From contig NC_043004.1 in assembly GCF_006345805.1 (NCBI RefSeq), positions 74,028,001-74,092,000 on the forward strand: DNA of 64,000 bases. The letters are read 5' to 3'. Within the stretch, counting starts at the first letter, position 1. Every line of letters begins with the position of its first letter. Positions 30,001-45,000 of the stretch are shown here, piece by piece. The notes under the pieces were generated by a model, which saw only the letters and a list, made by a program, of their open reading frames with translations, did not search any database and was not told where the DNA came from. The DNA is from Octopus sinensis. Lineage: Eukaryota. The translations under genes were made by a program, and so were the position numbers.

Positions 30001-33000
30001 CCCATACTTGCTCCATTACTATGGACATTATAAGTAATCTCAGAAATGAAGTATAAACGGTGGGACCATCTAATTTAAGAAGGGAACAGGCAATTATAGA
30101 ACCATTACTTGCTGACCATTACTCTGGATATTAAAACCTCAGACGATGAAGTATATACGGTGGGACCATCTAATTAAGAAGGGAACCAGCAATTATAGAA
30201 CCATTACTTGCTGACCATTACTGTGGACATTATAAGTAATCTCAGAAAATGAAGTATATACGGTGGGACCATCTAATTTAAGAAGGGAACAGGCAATTAT
30301 AGAATCATTACTTGCTGACCATTACTCTGGACATTATTAAGTATCTCAGAGATGAAGTATATACGGTGGGACCATCTAATTTAAGAAGGGAACCCAGCAA
30401 TTATAGACCCAATACTTGCTGACCATTACTCTGGACATTAAGTAATCTCAGACGATGAAGTATATGCGGTGGGACCATCTAATTAAGAAGGGAACCCAGC
30501 AATTATAGAACCATGACTTGCTGACCATACTACTCTGATATTAAGTAACCTCAGACGATGAAGTATATACGGTGGGACCATCTAATTTAAGAAGGGAACA
30601 GGCAACTATAGAACCATTACTTGCTGACCATTACTCAGGGCTTTATTAAGTAATCTTAGAAATTGAAGTATATACGGTGGGACCATATAATTTAAGAAGG
30701 GAACAGGCAATTATAGAACCATTACTTGCTGACCATTACTCTGGACATTATTAAGTAATCTCAGAAGATGAAGTAAAAACGGTGGGACCATCTAATTTAA
30801 GAAGGGAAACCAGCAATTATAGAACCATTACTTGCTGACCATTACTCTGGATATTATTAAGTAATCTCAGAAGATGAAGTATAAACGGTGGGACCAACTA
30901 ATTTAAGAAGGGAACCATCATTATAGAACATCCCATTATTGCTGACCATTACTCTGGATATTAAGTAACCTCAGACAGATGAAGTATATACGGTGGGACC
31001 ATCTAATTTAAGAAGGGAACCCAGCAATTATAGAACCATTACTTCTGACCATTACTCTCTGTATATTATGTAACCTCAGACGATGAAGTATATACGGTGG
31101 GACCATCTAATTTAAGAAGGGAACAGGCAATTATAGAACCATTACTTGCTGACCATTACTCTGGGCTTTATTAAGTAACCTCAGAAAATGAAGTATATAC
31201 GGTGGGACCATCTAATTTAAGAAGGGACAGCAATTATAGACCCATAAGTTGCTGACCATTACTCTGGACATTATTAAGTAATCTCAGAAGATGAAGTATA
31301 TACGGTGGGACCATCTAATTTAAGAAGAGAACCCGGCAATTATAGAACCATTACTTGCTGACCATTACTCTGGACATTATTAAGTAATCTCAGAAGATGA
31401 AGTATATACGGTGGGACCATCTAATTTAGGAAGGGAACAGGCAATTATAGAACCATTACTTGCTGACCATTACTCTGGACATTATTAAGTAACCTCAGAA
31501 GATGAAGTATATACGGTGGACCATCTAATTAAGAAGAGGAACCCGCAATTATAGAACCATACTTGCTGACCATTACTCTGGACATTATTAAGTAATCTCA
31601 GAAATGAAGTATATACGGTGGGACCATCTAATTTAAGAAGGGAACCCAGCAATTTTAGAACCATTACTTGCTGACCATTACTCTGGACATATTAAGTAAC
31701 CTCAGAAATGAAGTATGCCGGTGGGACCATCTAATTTAAGAAGGGAACAGGCAATTATAGAAACATTACTTGCTGACCATTACTCTGGACATTATTAAGT
31801 AACCTCAGAAGGATGAAGTATATACGGTGGGACCATCTCGTATAAAGGGAACCAAGCAATTTAGACCCATTACTCTGGACATTAAGTAACCTCAGAATGA
31901 TGAAGTAATACGGTGGGACCATCTAATTTAAGAAGGGAACAGGCAATATAGAACCATTACTGCTGACCATTACTCTGGACATTATTAAGTTACCTCAGAG
32001 ATGAAGTATATATGGTGGGACCATCTAATTTAAGAAGGTAACAGGCAATTATAGATCCATTACTTGCTGACCATTATCTGGACATTACTAAGTAATCTCA
32101 AAGATGAAGTATATACGGTGGGACCATCTAATTAAGAAGGGAACAGGCAATTATAGAACCATTACTTGCTGACCATTACTCTGGGCTTTATTAAGTAATC
32201 TTAGAAAATGAAGTATATACGGTGGGACCATATAATTTAAGAAGGGAACAGGCAATTATAGACCCTTTACTTCCTGACCATTACTCTGGACATTATTAAG
32301 TCATCTCAGAAGTTGAAGTATAAACGGTGGGAGCATCTAATTTAAGAAGGGAACCCAGCAATTATAGAACCATTACTTGCGGACCATTACTGTGGACATT
32401 ATTAAGTAATCTCAGAAGATGAAGTATATACGGTGGGACCATCTAATTTAGGAAGGGAACAGGCAATTATAGAACCTTACTTGCTGACCATTACTCTGGA
32501 CATTATTAAGTAACCTCAGAAGATGATATAATACGGTGGGACCATCTAATTTAAGAAGGGAACCCGGCAATTATAGAACCATTACTTGCTGACCATTACT
32601 CTGGACATTATTAAGTAATCTCAGAAGATGAAGTATATTACGGTGGGACCATCTAATTTAAGAAGGGAACCAGCTTTATAGAACCATTACTTGCTGACCA
32701 TTACTCTGGACAATATTAAGTAACCTCAGAAAATGAAGTATGCACGGTGGGACCATGTAATTTAAGAAGGGAACAGGCAATTATAGAACCATTACTTGCT
32801 GACCATTACTCTGGACATTATTAAGTAACCTCAGAAGATGAAGTATATACGGTGGGACCATCTCGTATAAAATGGGTACCAAGCAATTATAGACCCATTA
32901 CTCTGGACATTAAGTAACCTCAGAATGATGAAGTATATACGGTGGGACCATCTAATTTAAGAAGGGAACAGGCAATTATAGAACCATTACTTGCTGACCA

Positions 33001-36000
33001 TTACTCTGGACATTATTAAGTTACCTCAGAAGATGAAGTATATATGGTGGGACCATCTAATTTAAGAAGGTAACAGGCAATTATAGAACCATTACTTGCT
33101 GACCATTACTCTGGGCTTTATTAAGTAATCTTAGAAAATGAAGTATATACGGTGGGACCATATAATTTAAGAAGGGAACAGGCAATTATACCCATTACTT
33201 CCTGATCATTACTACTCTGGACATTATTAAGTCATCTCAGAAGTTGAAGTAGAACGTGGAGCATCTAATTTAAGAAGGGAACCCAGCAATTATAGAACCA
33301 TTACTTGCGGACCATTACTGGGACATTATTAAGTAATCTCAGAAGATGAGGTATATACGGTGGGACCATCTAATTTAGAAGGAACAGCAATAATAGAACC
33401 ATTACTTGCTGACCATTACTCTGGACATTTTAAGTAATCTCAGAAGATGAAGTATAAACGGTGGGACCTACTAATTTAAGAAGGGAACCAGCAATTATAG
33501 AACCATTACTTGCTGACCATTACTCTGGATATTAAAGTAACCTCAGACGATGAAGTTCTACGGTTGGACCACCTAATTTAGAGGGAACAGCAATTATAGA
33601 CCAATTACTTGCTGACCATTACTCATTGGCTTATTATAAGTAATCTTAGAAGATGAAGTATAACGGGTGGGACCATCTAATTTAAGAAGGGAACAGGCAA
33701 TTAAATTATCGACCCATAACTTGCTGACCATACTCTGGACATTATTAAGTAATCTCAGAAGATGAAGTATATACGGTGGGACCATCTAATTTAAGAAGGG
33801 AACCGTCAATTATAGAATCATTACTTGCTGACCATTACTCTGGACTTATTAAGTAATCTCAGAAGATGAAGTATATACGGTGGGACCATCTAATTTAAGA
33901 AGGAAACAGGCAATTATAGAACCATTACTTGCGACCATTACTCTGGACATTATTAAGTAACCTCAGAAGATGAAGTATATACGGTGGGACCATCTAATTT
34001 AAGAAGGAACCCGGCAATTATAGACCCATTACTTGCTGACCATTACTCTGGACATTTTAAGTACCTCAGAAGATGAAGTATATACGGTGGGACCATCTCA
34101 TATAGGAAGGGAACCAAGCAATTATAGACCCATTACTCTGGACATTATTAAGTAACCTCAGAAGATGAAGTATATAACGGTGGACCATCTAACTTAAGAA
34201 GGGAAACCCGCAATTATAGAACCATTACTTGCTGACCATTCCCTGGACGTTATTAAGTACCCCAGTAGATGAAGTATATACGTGTACCATCTAATTTAGA
34301 AGGGAACCCAGCAATTAATAGAACATTACTTGCTGACCATTACTCCGGACAATATTAAGTAACCTCAGAAATGAAAGTATGTACGGTGGGACCATATAAA
34401 TTAAGAAGGGAACCCGCAATTATAGAACCATTACTTGCTGACCATTACTCTGGACATTATTAAGTTAACCTCAAAAATGAAGTATGTACGGTTGGGACAT
34501 ATAATTTAAGAAGGGAACCCAGCAATTATAGAACCATTACTGCTAACCATTACTCTGGACATTATTAAGTAATCTCAGAAGATGAAGTATAAACGGTGGA
34601 CCATCTAATTTAGAAGGGAACAGGCAATATAGAACCTACTTGCTGACCATTACTCTGGACATTATTAAGTAACCTCAGAAGATGAAGTATATACGTGGGA
34701 CCATCTCGTATAAACAGGGACCAAGCAATTATAGACCCATTACGCTGGACATTAAGTAACCTCAGAATGATGAAAGTAGATTAAAAAACGGTGGGACCAT
34801 CTAATTAAGAAGGGAACAGGCAATTATAGAACCATTACTGCTGACCATTACTCTGGACATTATTAAGTTACCTCAGAAGATGAAGTATATATGGTGGGAC
34901 CATCTAATTTAAGAAGTAAACAGGCAATTATAGAATCATTACTTGCTGACCATTACCTGGACATTACTAAGTAATCTCAGAGATGAAGTATATACGGTGG
35001 GACCATCTAATTTAAGAGGGAAAGGCAATTATAGAACCATTACTTGCTGACCATACTCTGGGCTTTATTAAGTAATCTTAGAAGATGAAGTATATACTGG
35101 ACCATATAATTTAAGAGGGAACCAGCAATTATAGACCCTTACTTCCTGACCATTACTCTGGACATTATTAAGTCATCTCAGAAGTTGAAGTAGAAACGGT
35201 GGGAGCATCTAATTTCAGAAGGGAACCCGCAATTATAGAACCATTACTTGCGGACCATTACTGTGGACGTTATTAAGTAATCTCAGAAGATGAATTTATC
35301 GGTGGACCATCTAATTTAGAAGGGAACAGGCAATTATAGAACCATTACTTGCTGACCATTACTCTGGACATTATTAAGTACCCTCAGAAGATGAGTATAT
35401 ACGGTGGGACCATCTAATTTAAGAAGAGACCCGGCAATTATGAACCATTACTTGCTGACCATTACTCCTGGACTTTATTAAGTAATCTCAGAAGATGTAT
35501 ATAACGGTGGACCATCTAATTAAGAAGGGAACCAGCAATTTTGAACCATTACTTGCTGACCATTACTCTGGACAATATTAAGTAACCTCAGAAAATGAAG
35601 TATGCACGGTGGGACCATGTAATTTAAGAAGGGAACAGGCAATTATAGAACCATTACTTGCTGACCATTACTCTGGACATTATTAAGTAACCTCAGAAGA
35701 TGAAGTATATACGGTGGGACCATCTAATATAAAATGGGGACCAAGCAATTATAGGACCCATTAACTCTGGACATTAAGTAACCTCAGATGATGAAGTATA
35801 TACGGTGGACCATCTAATTTAATAAGGAACAGGCAATTATAGAACCATTACTTGCTGACCATTACTCTGGACATTATTAAGTTACCTCAGAAGATGAGTA
35901 TATATGGTGGGACATCTAATTTAAGAAGGTAACAGGCAATTATAGAACCATACTTGCTGACCATTACTCTGGGCTTTATTAAGTAATCTTAGAAATGAAG

Positions 36001-39000
36001 TATATACGGTGGGACCATATAATTTAAGAAGGGAACAGGCAATTATAGACCCATTACTTCCTGATCATTACTCTGGACATTATTAAGTCATCTCAGAAGT
36101 TGATGTAGAAACGGTGGGAGCATCTAATTTAAGAAGGGAACCCAGCAATTATAGAAGCATTACTTGCGGACCATTACTCTGACATTTAAGTAACCTCAGA
36201 AGATGAAGTATATACGGTGGGACCATCTAATTTAAGAAGGGAACAGGCAATAATAGAACCATTACTTGCTGACCATTACTCTGGACATTAAAGTAATCTC
36301 AAAAGATGAATTATAAACGGTGGGACCTACTAATTAAGAAGGGAACCCAGCATTATAGAACCTTACTTGCTGACCATTACTCTGATATTAAGTAACCTAC
36401 AGACTATGAGTATATACGGTGGGCCCACCTAATTTAAGAAGGGAACAGGCAATTATAGAACCATTACTTGCTGATATACGGTGGGACCATCTAATTTAAG
36501 AAGGGAACAGCAATTATAGAACCATTACTTGCTGACCATTACTCTGGACTTTATTAAGTAATCTCAGAAGATGAAGTATATACGGTGGGACCATCTAATT
36601 TAAGAAGGGAACAGGCAATTATAGACCCATTACTTGCTGACCATTACTCTGGACATTATTAAGTAATCTCAGAAGATGAAGTATATACGGTGGGACCATC
36701 TAATTTAAGAAGGGAACCCGGCAATTATAGAACCATTACTTGCTGACCATTACTCTGGACATTATTAAGTAATCTCAGAAGATGAAGTATATACGGTGGG
36801 ACCATCTAATTTAAGAAGGGAACAGGCAATTATAGAACCATTACTTGCTGACCATTACTCTGGACATTATTAAGTAACCTCAGAAGATGAAGTATATACG
36901 GTGGGACCATCTAATTTAAGAAGAGAACCCGGCAATTATAGACCCATTACTTGCTGACCATTACTCTGGACATTATTAAGTAACCTCAGAAGATGAAGTA
37001 TATACGGTGGGACCATCTCATATAAGAAGGGAACCAAGCAATTATAGACCCATTACTCTGGACATTATTAAGTAACCTCAGAAGATGAAGTATATACGGT
37101 GGGACCATCTAATTTAAGAAGGAACCCAGCAATTATAGAACCATTACTTGCTGACCATTACCCTGGACGTTATTAAGTAACCCAGTAGAATGAAGTATAT
37201 ACGGTGGGACCATCTAATTTAAGAAGGGAACCCAGCAATTATAGAACCATTACTTGCTGACCATTACTCAGGACAATATTAAGTAACCTCAGAAAATGAA
37301 GTATGTACGGTGGGACCATATAAATTAAGAAGGGAACCCAGCAATTATAGAACCATTACTTGCTGACCATTACTCTGGACATTATTAAGTACCTCAGAAG
37401 ATGAAGTATATACGGTGGGACCATCTAATTTAAGAAGGGAACCCAGCAATTATAGAACCATTACTTGCTGACCATTACTCTGGACATTATTAAGTAATCT
37501 CAGAAGATGAAGTATAACGGTGGGACCATCTAATTTAAGAAGGGAACAGCAATTATAGAACCATTACTTGCTGACCATTACTCTGGACTTATTAAGTAAC
37601 CTCAGAAGATGAAGTATTACGGTGGGACCATCTAATTTAAGAAGGGAACAGGCAATTATAGAACCATTACTTGCTGACCATTACCTGGACATTATTAAGT
37701 AATCTCAGAAGATGAAGTATATACGGTGGGACCATCTAATTTAAGAAGGGAACAGGCAATTATAGAACCATTACTTGCTGACCATTACTCTGGACATTAT
37801 TAAGTAATCTCAGAAGATGAAGTATAAACGGTGGACCATCTAATTTAAGAGGGAACAGCAATTATAGAACCATTACTTGCTGACCATTACTCTGGACATT
37901 ATTAAGTAATCTCAGAAGATGAAGTATAAACGGTGGGACCATCTAATATAAGAAGGGAACCCAGCAATTATAGAACCATTACTTGCTGACCATTACTCTG
38001 GACATTATTAAGTAATCTCAGAAGATGAAGTATATACGGTGGGACCATCTAATTTAAGAAGGGAACCCAGCAATTATAGAACCATTACTTGCTGACCATT
38101 ACTCTGGACATTAAATAACCTCAGATGATGAAGTATATACGGTGGGACCATCTAATTTAAGAAGGGAACAGGCAATTATAGAACCATTACTTGCTGACCA
38201 TTACTCTGGACATTAAATAACCTCAGATGATGAAGTATATACGGTGGGACCATCTAATTTAAGAAGGGAACAGGCAATTATAGAACCATTACTTGCTGAC
38301 CATTACTCTGGACATTATTAAGTAATCTCAGAAGATGAAGTATAAACGGTGGGACCATCTAATTTAAGAAGGGAACAGGCAATTATAGAATCATTACTTG
38401 CTGACCATTACTCTGGACATTATTAAGTAATCTCAGAAGATGAAGTATATAGTGGGACCATCTAATTAAGAAGGGAACCCAGCAATTATAGAACCATTAC
38501 TTGCTGACCATTACTCTGGACATTAAAGTAACCTCAGACGATGAAGTATATACGGTGGGACATCTAATTTAAGAAGGGAACCCAGCAATTATAGAACCAT
38601 TACTTGCTGACCATTACTCTGGATATTAAGTAACCTCAGACGATGAAGTATATACGGTGGGACCATCTAATTTAAGAAGGGAACAGGCAATTATAGAACC
38701 ATTACTTGCTGACCATTACTCTGGACTTTATTAAGTAATCTCAGAAGATGAAGTATATACGGTGGGACCATCTAATTTAAGAAGGGAACAGCAATTATAG
38801 AACCATTACTTGCTGACCATTACTCTGGACATTATTAAGTAATCTCAGAAGATGAAGTATATACGGTGGGACCATCTAATTTAAGAAGGGAACAGGCAAT
38901 TATAGAACCATTACTTGCTGACCATTACTCTGGACATTATTACCTCAGAAGATGAAGTATATACGGTGGGACCATCTAATTTAAGAAGGGAACCAGGCAA

Positions 39001-42000
39001 TTATAGAACCATTACTTGCTGACCATTACTCTGGACATTATTAAGTAATCTCAAAGATGAAGTATATACGGTGGGACCATCTATTTAAGAAGGGAACCCA
39101 GCAATTATAGAACCATTACTTGCTGACCATTACTCTGGACATTAAATAATCTCAGAAGATGAAGTATATACGGTGGGACCATCTAATTTAAGAAGGGAAC
39201 AGGCAATTATAGAACCATTACTTGCTGACCATTACTCTGGACATTATTAAGTATCTCAGAAGATGAAGTATAAACGTGGGACCATCTAATTTAAGAAGGG
39301 AACCCAGCAATTATAAACATTATTGCTGACCATTACTCTGGACATTAAGTAACTCAGAAATAAGTATATACGGTGGGACCATCTAATTTAAGAAGGGAAC
39401 CAGCAATTATAGAACCATTACTTGCTGACCATTACTCTGGATATTAAGTAACCTCAGAAGATGAAGTATATACGGTGGGACCATCTAATTTAAGAAGGGA
39501 ACAGCAATTATAGAACCATTACTTGCTGACCATTACTCTGGACATTATTAAGTAATCTCAGAAGATGAAGTATATACGGTGGGACCATCTAATTTAAGAA
39601 GGGAACCAGCAATTATAGACCATTACTTGCTGACCATTACTCTGGACATTATTAAGTAACCTCAGAAGATGAAGTATATACGGTGGGACCATCTAATTTA
39701 AGAAGGGAACCTGCAATTATAGAACCATTACTTGCTGACCATTACTCTGGACTTATTAAGTAACCTCAGAGATGAAGTATATACGGTGGGACCATCTAAT
39801 TTAAGAAGGGAACCCAGCAATTATAGAACCATTACTTGCTGACCATTACTCTGGACTTTATTAAGTATCTCAGAAGATGAAGTATATACGGTGGGACCAT
39901 CTAATTTAAGAAGGGAACCCAGCAATTATAGAACCATTACTTGCTGACCATTACTCTGGACATTATTAAGTACCTCAGAAGATGAAGTATATAACGGTGG
40001 GACCATCTAATTTAAGAAGGGAACCCAGCAATTATAGAACCATTACTTGCTGACCATTACTCTGGACATTATTAAGTAACCTCAGAAGAATGAAGTATAT
40101 ACGGTGGGACCATCTAATTAAGAAGGGAACCCAGCAATTATAGAACCATTACTTGCTGACCATTACTCTGGACATTATTAAGTAATCTCAGAAGATGAAG
40201 TATATACGGTGGGACCATCTAATTTAAGAAGGGAACCCAGCAATTATAGAACCATTACTTGCTGACCATTACTCTGGACATTATTAAGTAATCTCAGAAG
40301 ATGAAGTATAAACGGTGGGACCATCTATTTAAGAAGGGAACCCAGCAATTATAGAACCATTACTTGCTGACCATTACTCTGGACATTATTAAGTAACCTC
40401 AGAAGATGAAGTATATACGGTGGGACCATCTAATTTAAGAGGGAACCCAGCAATTATAGAACCATTACTTGCTGACCATTACTCTGGATTAGAAGATGAA
40501 GTATAAACGGTGGGACCATCTAATTTAAGAAGGGAACCCAGCAATTATAGAACCATTACTTGCTGACCATTACTCTGGACATTATTATAATCTCTCAAGA
40601 TGAAGTATAAACGGTGGGACCATCTAATTTAAGAAGGGAACCAGCAATTATAGAACCATTACTTGCTGACCATTACTCTGGACATATTAAGTAATCTCAG
40701 AAGATGAAGTATATACGGTGGGACCATCTAATTTAAGAAGGGAACCCAGCAATTATAGAACCATTACTTGCTGACCATTACTCTGGACATTATTAAGTAA
40801 TCTCAGAAGATGAAGTATATACGGTGGGACCATCTAATTTAGAAGGGAACCCAGCAATTATAGAACCATTACTTGCTGACCATTACTCTGGACATTATTA
40901 AGTAATCTCAAAGATGAAGTATATACGGTGGGACCATCTAATTTAAGAAGGGAACCCAGCAATTATAGAACCATTACTTGCTGACCATTACTCTGGACAT
41001 TATTAAGTAATCTCAGAAGATGAAGTATATACGGTGGGACCATCTAATTTAAAGGGAACCCAGCAATTATAGAACCATTACTTGCTGACCATTACTCTGT
41101 GATGAAGTATATACGGTGGGACCATCTAATTTAAGAAGGGAACCCAGCAATTATAGAACCATTACTTGCTGACCATTACTCTGGACATTATTAAGTAACC
41201 TGAAAATGAAGTATGTACGGTGGGACCATCTAATTTAAGAAGGGAACCAGCAATTATAGAACCATTACTTGCTGACCATTACTCTGGACATTATTAAGTA
41301 ATCTCAGAAGATGAAGTTAAACGGTGGGACCATCTAATTTAAGAAGGGAACCAGCAATTATAGAACCATTACTTGCTGACCATTACTCTGGACATTATTA
41401 AGTAACCCCAGAAGATGAAGTATATACGGTGGGACCATCTAATTTAAGAAGGGAACCCAGCAATTATAGAACCATTACTTGCTGACCATTACTCTGGACA
41501 TTATTAAGTAAACCTCAGAAAATGAAGTATGTACTGTGGGACCATATAATTTAAGAAGGGAACCCAGCAATTATAGAACCATTACTTGCTGACCATTACT
41601 CTGGAAATTAAGATAAGAAGTAAACGGTGGGACCATCTAATTTAAGAAGGGAACCCAGCAATTATAGAACCATTACTTGCTGACCATTACTCTGGACATT
41701 ATTAAGTAATCTCAGAAGATGAAGTATACAACGTGGGACCATCTAATTTAAGAGGGAACCAAGCAATTATAGAACCATTACTTGCTGACCATTACTCTGG
41801 ACATTATTAAGTAATCTCAGAAGATGAAGTATATACGGTGGGACCATCTAATTTAAGAAGGGAACCCAGCAATTATAGAACCATTACTTGCTGACCATTA
41901 CTCTGGACATTATTAAGTAATCTCAGAAGATGAAGTATATACGGTGGGACCATCTAATTTAAGAAGGGAACCCAGCAATTATAGAACCATTACTTGCTGA

Positions 42001-45000
42001 CCATTACTCTGGACATTAAATAACCTCAGACGATGAAGTATATACGGTGGGACCATCTAATTTTAGAAGGGAACAAGCAATTATAGAACCATTACTTGCT
42101 GACCATTACTCTGGACATTATTAAGTAATCTCAGAAGATGAAGTATAAACGGTGGGACCATCTAATTTAAGAAGGGAACCCAGCAATTATAGAACCATTA
42201 CTTGCTGACCATTACTCTGGACATTAAAGTAACCTCAGAGATGAAGTATATACGGTGGGACCATCTAATTTAAGAAGGGAACAGGCAATTATAGAACCAT
42301 TACTTGCTGACCATTACTCTGGACATTATTAATTTACCTCAGAAGATGAAGTATATATGGTGGGACCATCTAATTTAAGAAGGGAACAGCAATTATAGAA
42401 CCATTACTTGCTGACCATTACTCTGGACATTATTAAGTAATCTCAGAAGATGAAGTATATACGGTGGGACCATCTAATTTAAGAAGGGAAAGGCAATTAT
42501 AGAACCATTACTTGCTGACCATTACTCTGGACATTATTAAGTAATCTCAGAAGATGAAGTATAAACGGTGGGACCATCTAATTTAAGAAGGGAACCCAGC
42601 AATTATAGAACCATTACTTGCTGACCATTACTCTGGACTATTAGTAATCTCAGAGATGAAGTATATACGGTGGGACCATCTAATTTAAGAAGGGAACAGC
42701 AATTATAGAACCATTACTTGCTGACCATTACTCTGGCTTATTAAGTAATCTCAGTAGATGAAGTATATACGGTGGGACCATCTAATTTAAGAAGGAACAG
42801 CAATTATAGAACCATTACTTGCTGACCATTACTCTGGACATTATTAAGTAATCTCAGAAGATGAAGTATATACGGTGGGACCATCTAATTAAGAGGGAAC
42901 CCAGCAATTATAGAACCATTACTTGCTGACCATTACTCTGGACATTATTATGTAATCTCAGAAGATGAAGTATAAACGGTGGGACCATCTAATTTAAGAA
43001 GGGAACAGGCAATAATAGAACCATTACTTGCTGACCATTACTCTGGACATTATTAAGTTACCTCAGAAGATGAAGTATATACGGTGGGACCATCTAATTT
43101 AAGAAGGGAACAGGCAATTATAGAACAATTACTTGCTGACCATTACTCTGGACATTATTAAGTTACCTCAGAAGATGAAGTATATACGGTTGGACCATCT
43201 AATTTAAGAAGGGAACCCAGCAATTATAGAACCATTACTTGCTGACCATTACTCTGGACATTAAATAACCTCAGATGATGAAGTATATACGGTGGGACCA
43301 TCTAATTTAAGAAGGGAACAGGCAATTATAGAACCATTACTTGCTGACCATTACTCTGGACATTATTAAGTAATCTCAGAAGATGAAGTATAAACGGTGG
43401 GACCATCTAATTTAAGAAGGGAACCCAGCAATTATAGAACACTTACTTGCTGACCATTACTCTGGACATTAAATAACCTCAGATGATGAAGTATATACGG
43501 TGGGACCATCTAATTTAAGAAGGGAACAGGCAATTATAGAACCATTACTTGCTGACCATTACTCTGGACATTATTAAGTTACCTCAGAAGATGAAGTATA
43601 TATGGTGGGACCATCTAATTTAAGAAGGGAACAGGCAATTATAGAATCATTACTTGCTGACCATTACACTGGACATTATTAAGTAATCTCAGAAGATGAA
43701 GTATATACGGTGGGACCATCTAATTTAAGAAGGGAACAGGCAATTATAGAACCATTACTTGCTGACCATTACTCTGGACATTATTAAGTAATCTCAGAAG
43801 ATGAAGTATAAACAGTGGGACCATCTAATTTAAGAAGGGAACCCAGCAATTATAGAACCATTACTGGCTGACCATTACTCTGGATATTAAGTAACCTCAG
43901 ACGATGAAGTATATACGGTGGGACCATCTAATTTAAGAAGGGAACAGGCAATTATAGAACCATTACTTGCTGACCATTACTCTGGGCTTTATTAAGTAAT
44001 CTTAGAAGATGAAGTATATACGGTGGGACCATCTAATTTAAGAAGGGAACAGGCAATTATAGAACCATAACTTGCTGACCATTACTATGGGCATTATTAA
44101 GTAATCTCAGAAGATAAAGTATAAATGGTGGGACCATCTAATTTAAGAAGGGAACAGGCAATTATAGAACCATTACTTGCTGACCATTACTCTGGACATT
44201 AAGTAACCTCAGACGATGGAGTATATACGGTGGGACCATCTAATTTAAGAAGGGAACAGGCAATTATAGAACCATTACTTGCTGACCATTACTCTTGACG
44301 TTATTAAGTAACCTCAGAAGATGAAGTATATACGGTGGGACCATCTAATTTAAGAAGAGAACCCGGCAATTATAGATACATTACTTGCTGACCTTTACTC
44401 TGGACATTATTAAGTAATCTCAGAAGATGAAGTATATACGGTGGGACCATCTAATTGAAGAAGGGAACCCAGCAATTATAGAACCATTGCTTGCTGACCA
44501 TTACGCTGGGCTTTATTAAGTAATCTCAGAAGATGAAGTATATACGGTGGGACCATCTAATTTAAGAAGAGATTCCGGCAATTTTAGACCCATTACTTGC
44601 TGACCATTACTCTGGACATTATTAAGTAACCTCAGAAGATGAAGTATATACGGTGGGACAATCTAATTTAAGAAGGGAACCCAGCAATTATAGAACCATT
44701 ACTCTGGACATTATTAAGTAACCTCAGAAGATGAAGTATAAACGGTGGGACCATCTAATTTAAGAAGGGAACCCAGCAATTATAGAACCATTACTTGCTG
44801 ACCATTACCCTGGACGTTATTAAGTAACCCCAGTAGATGAAGCATTTATGGTGGGACCATCTAATTTAAGAAGGGAACCCAGCAATTATAGAACCATTAC
44901 TTGCTGACCATTACTCAGGACAATATTAAGTAACCTCAGAAAATGAAGTATGTATGGTGGGACCATATAAATTAAGAAGGGAACCCAGCAATTATAGAAC

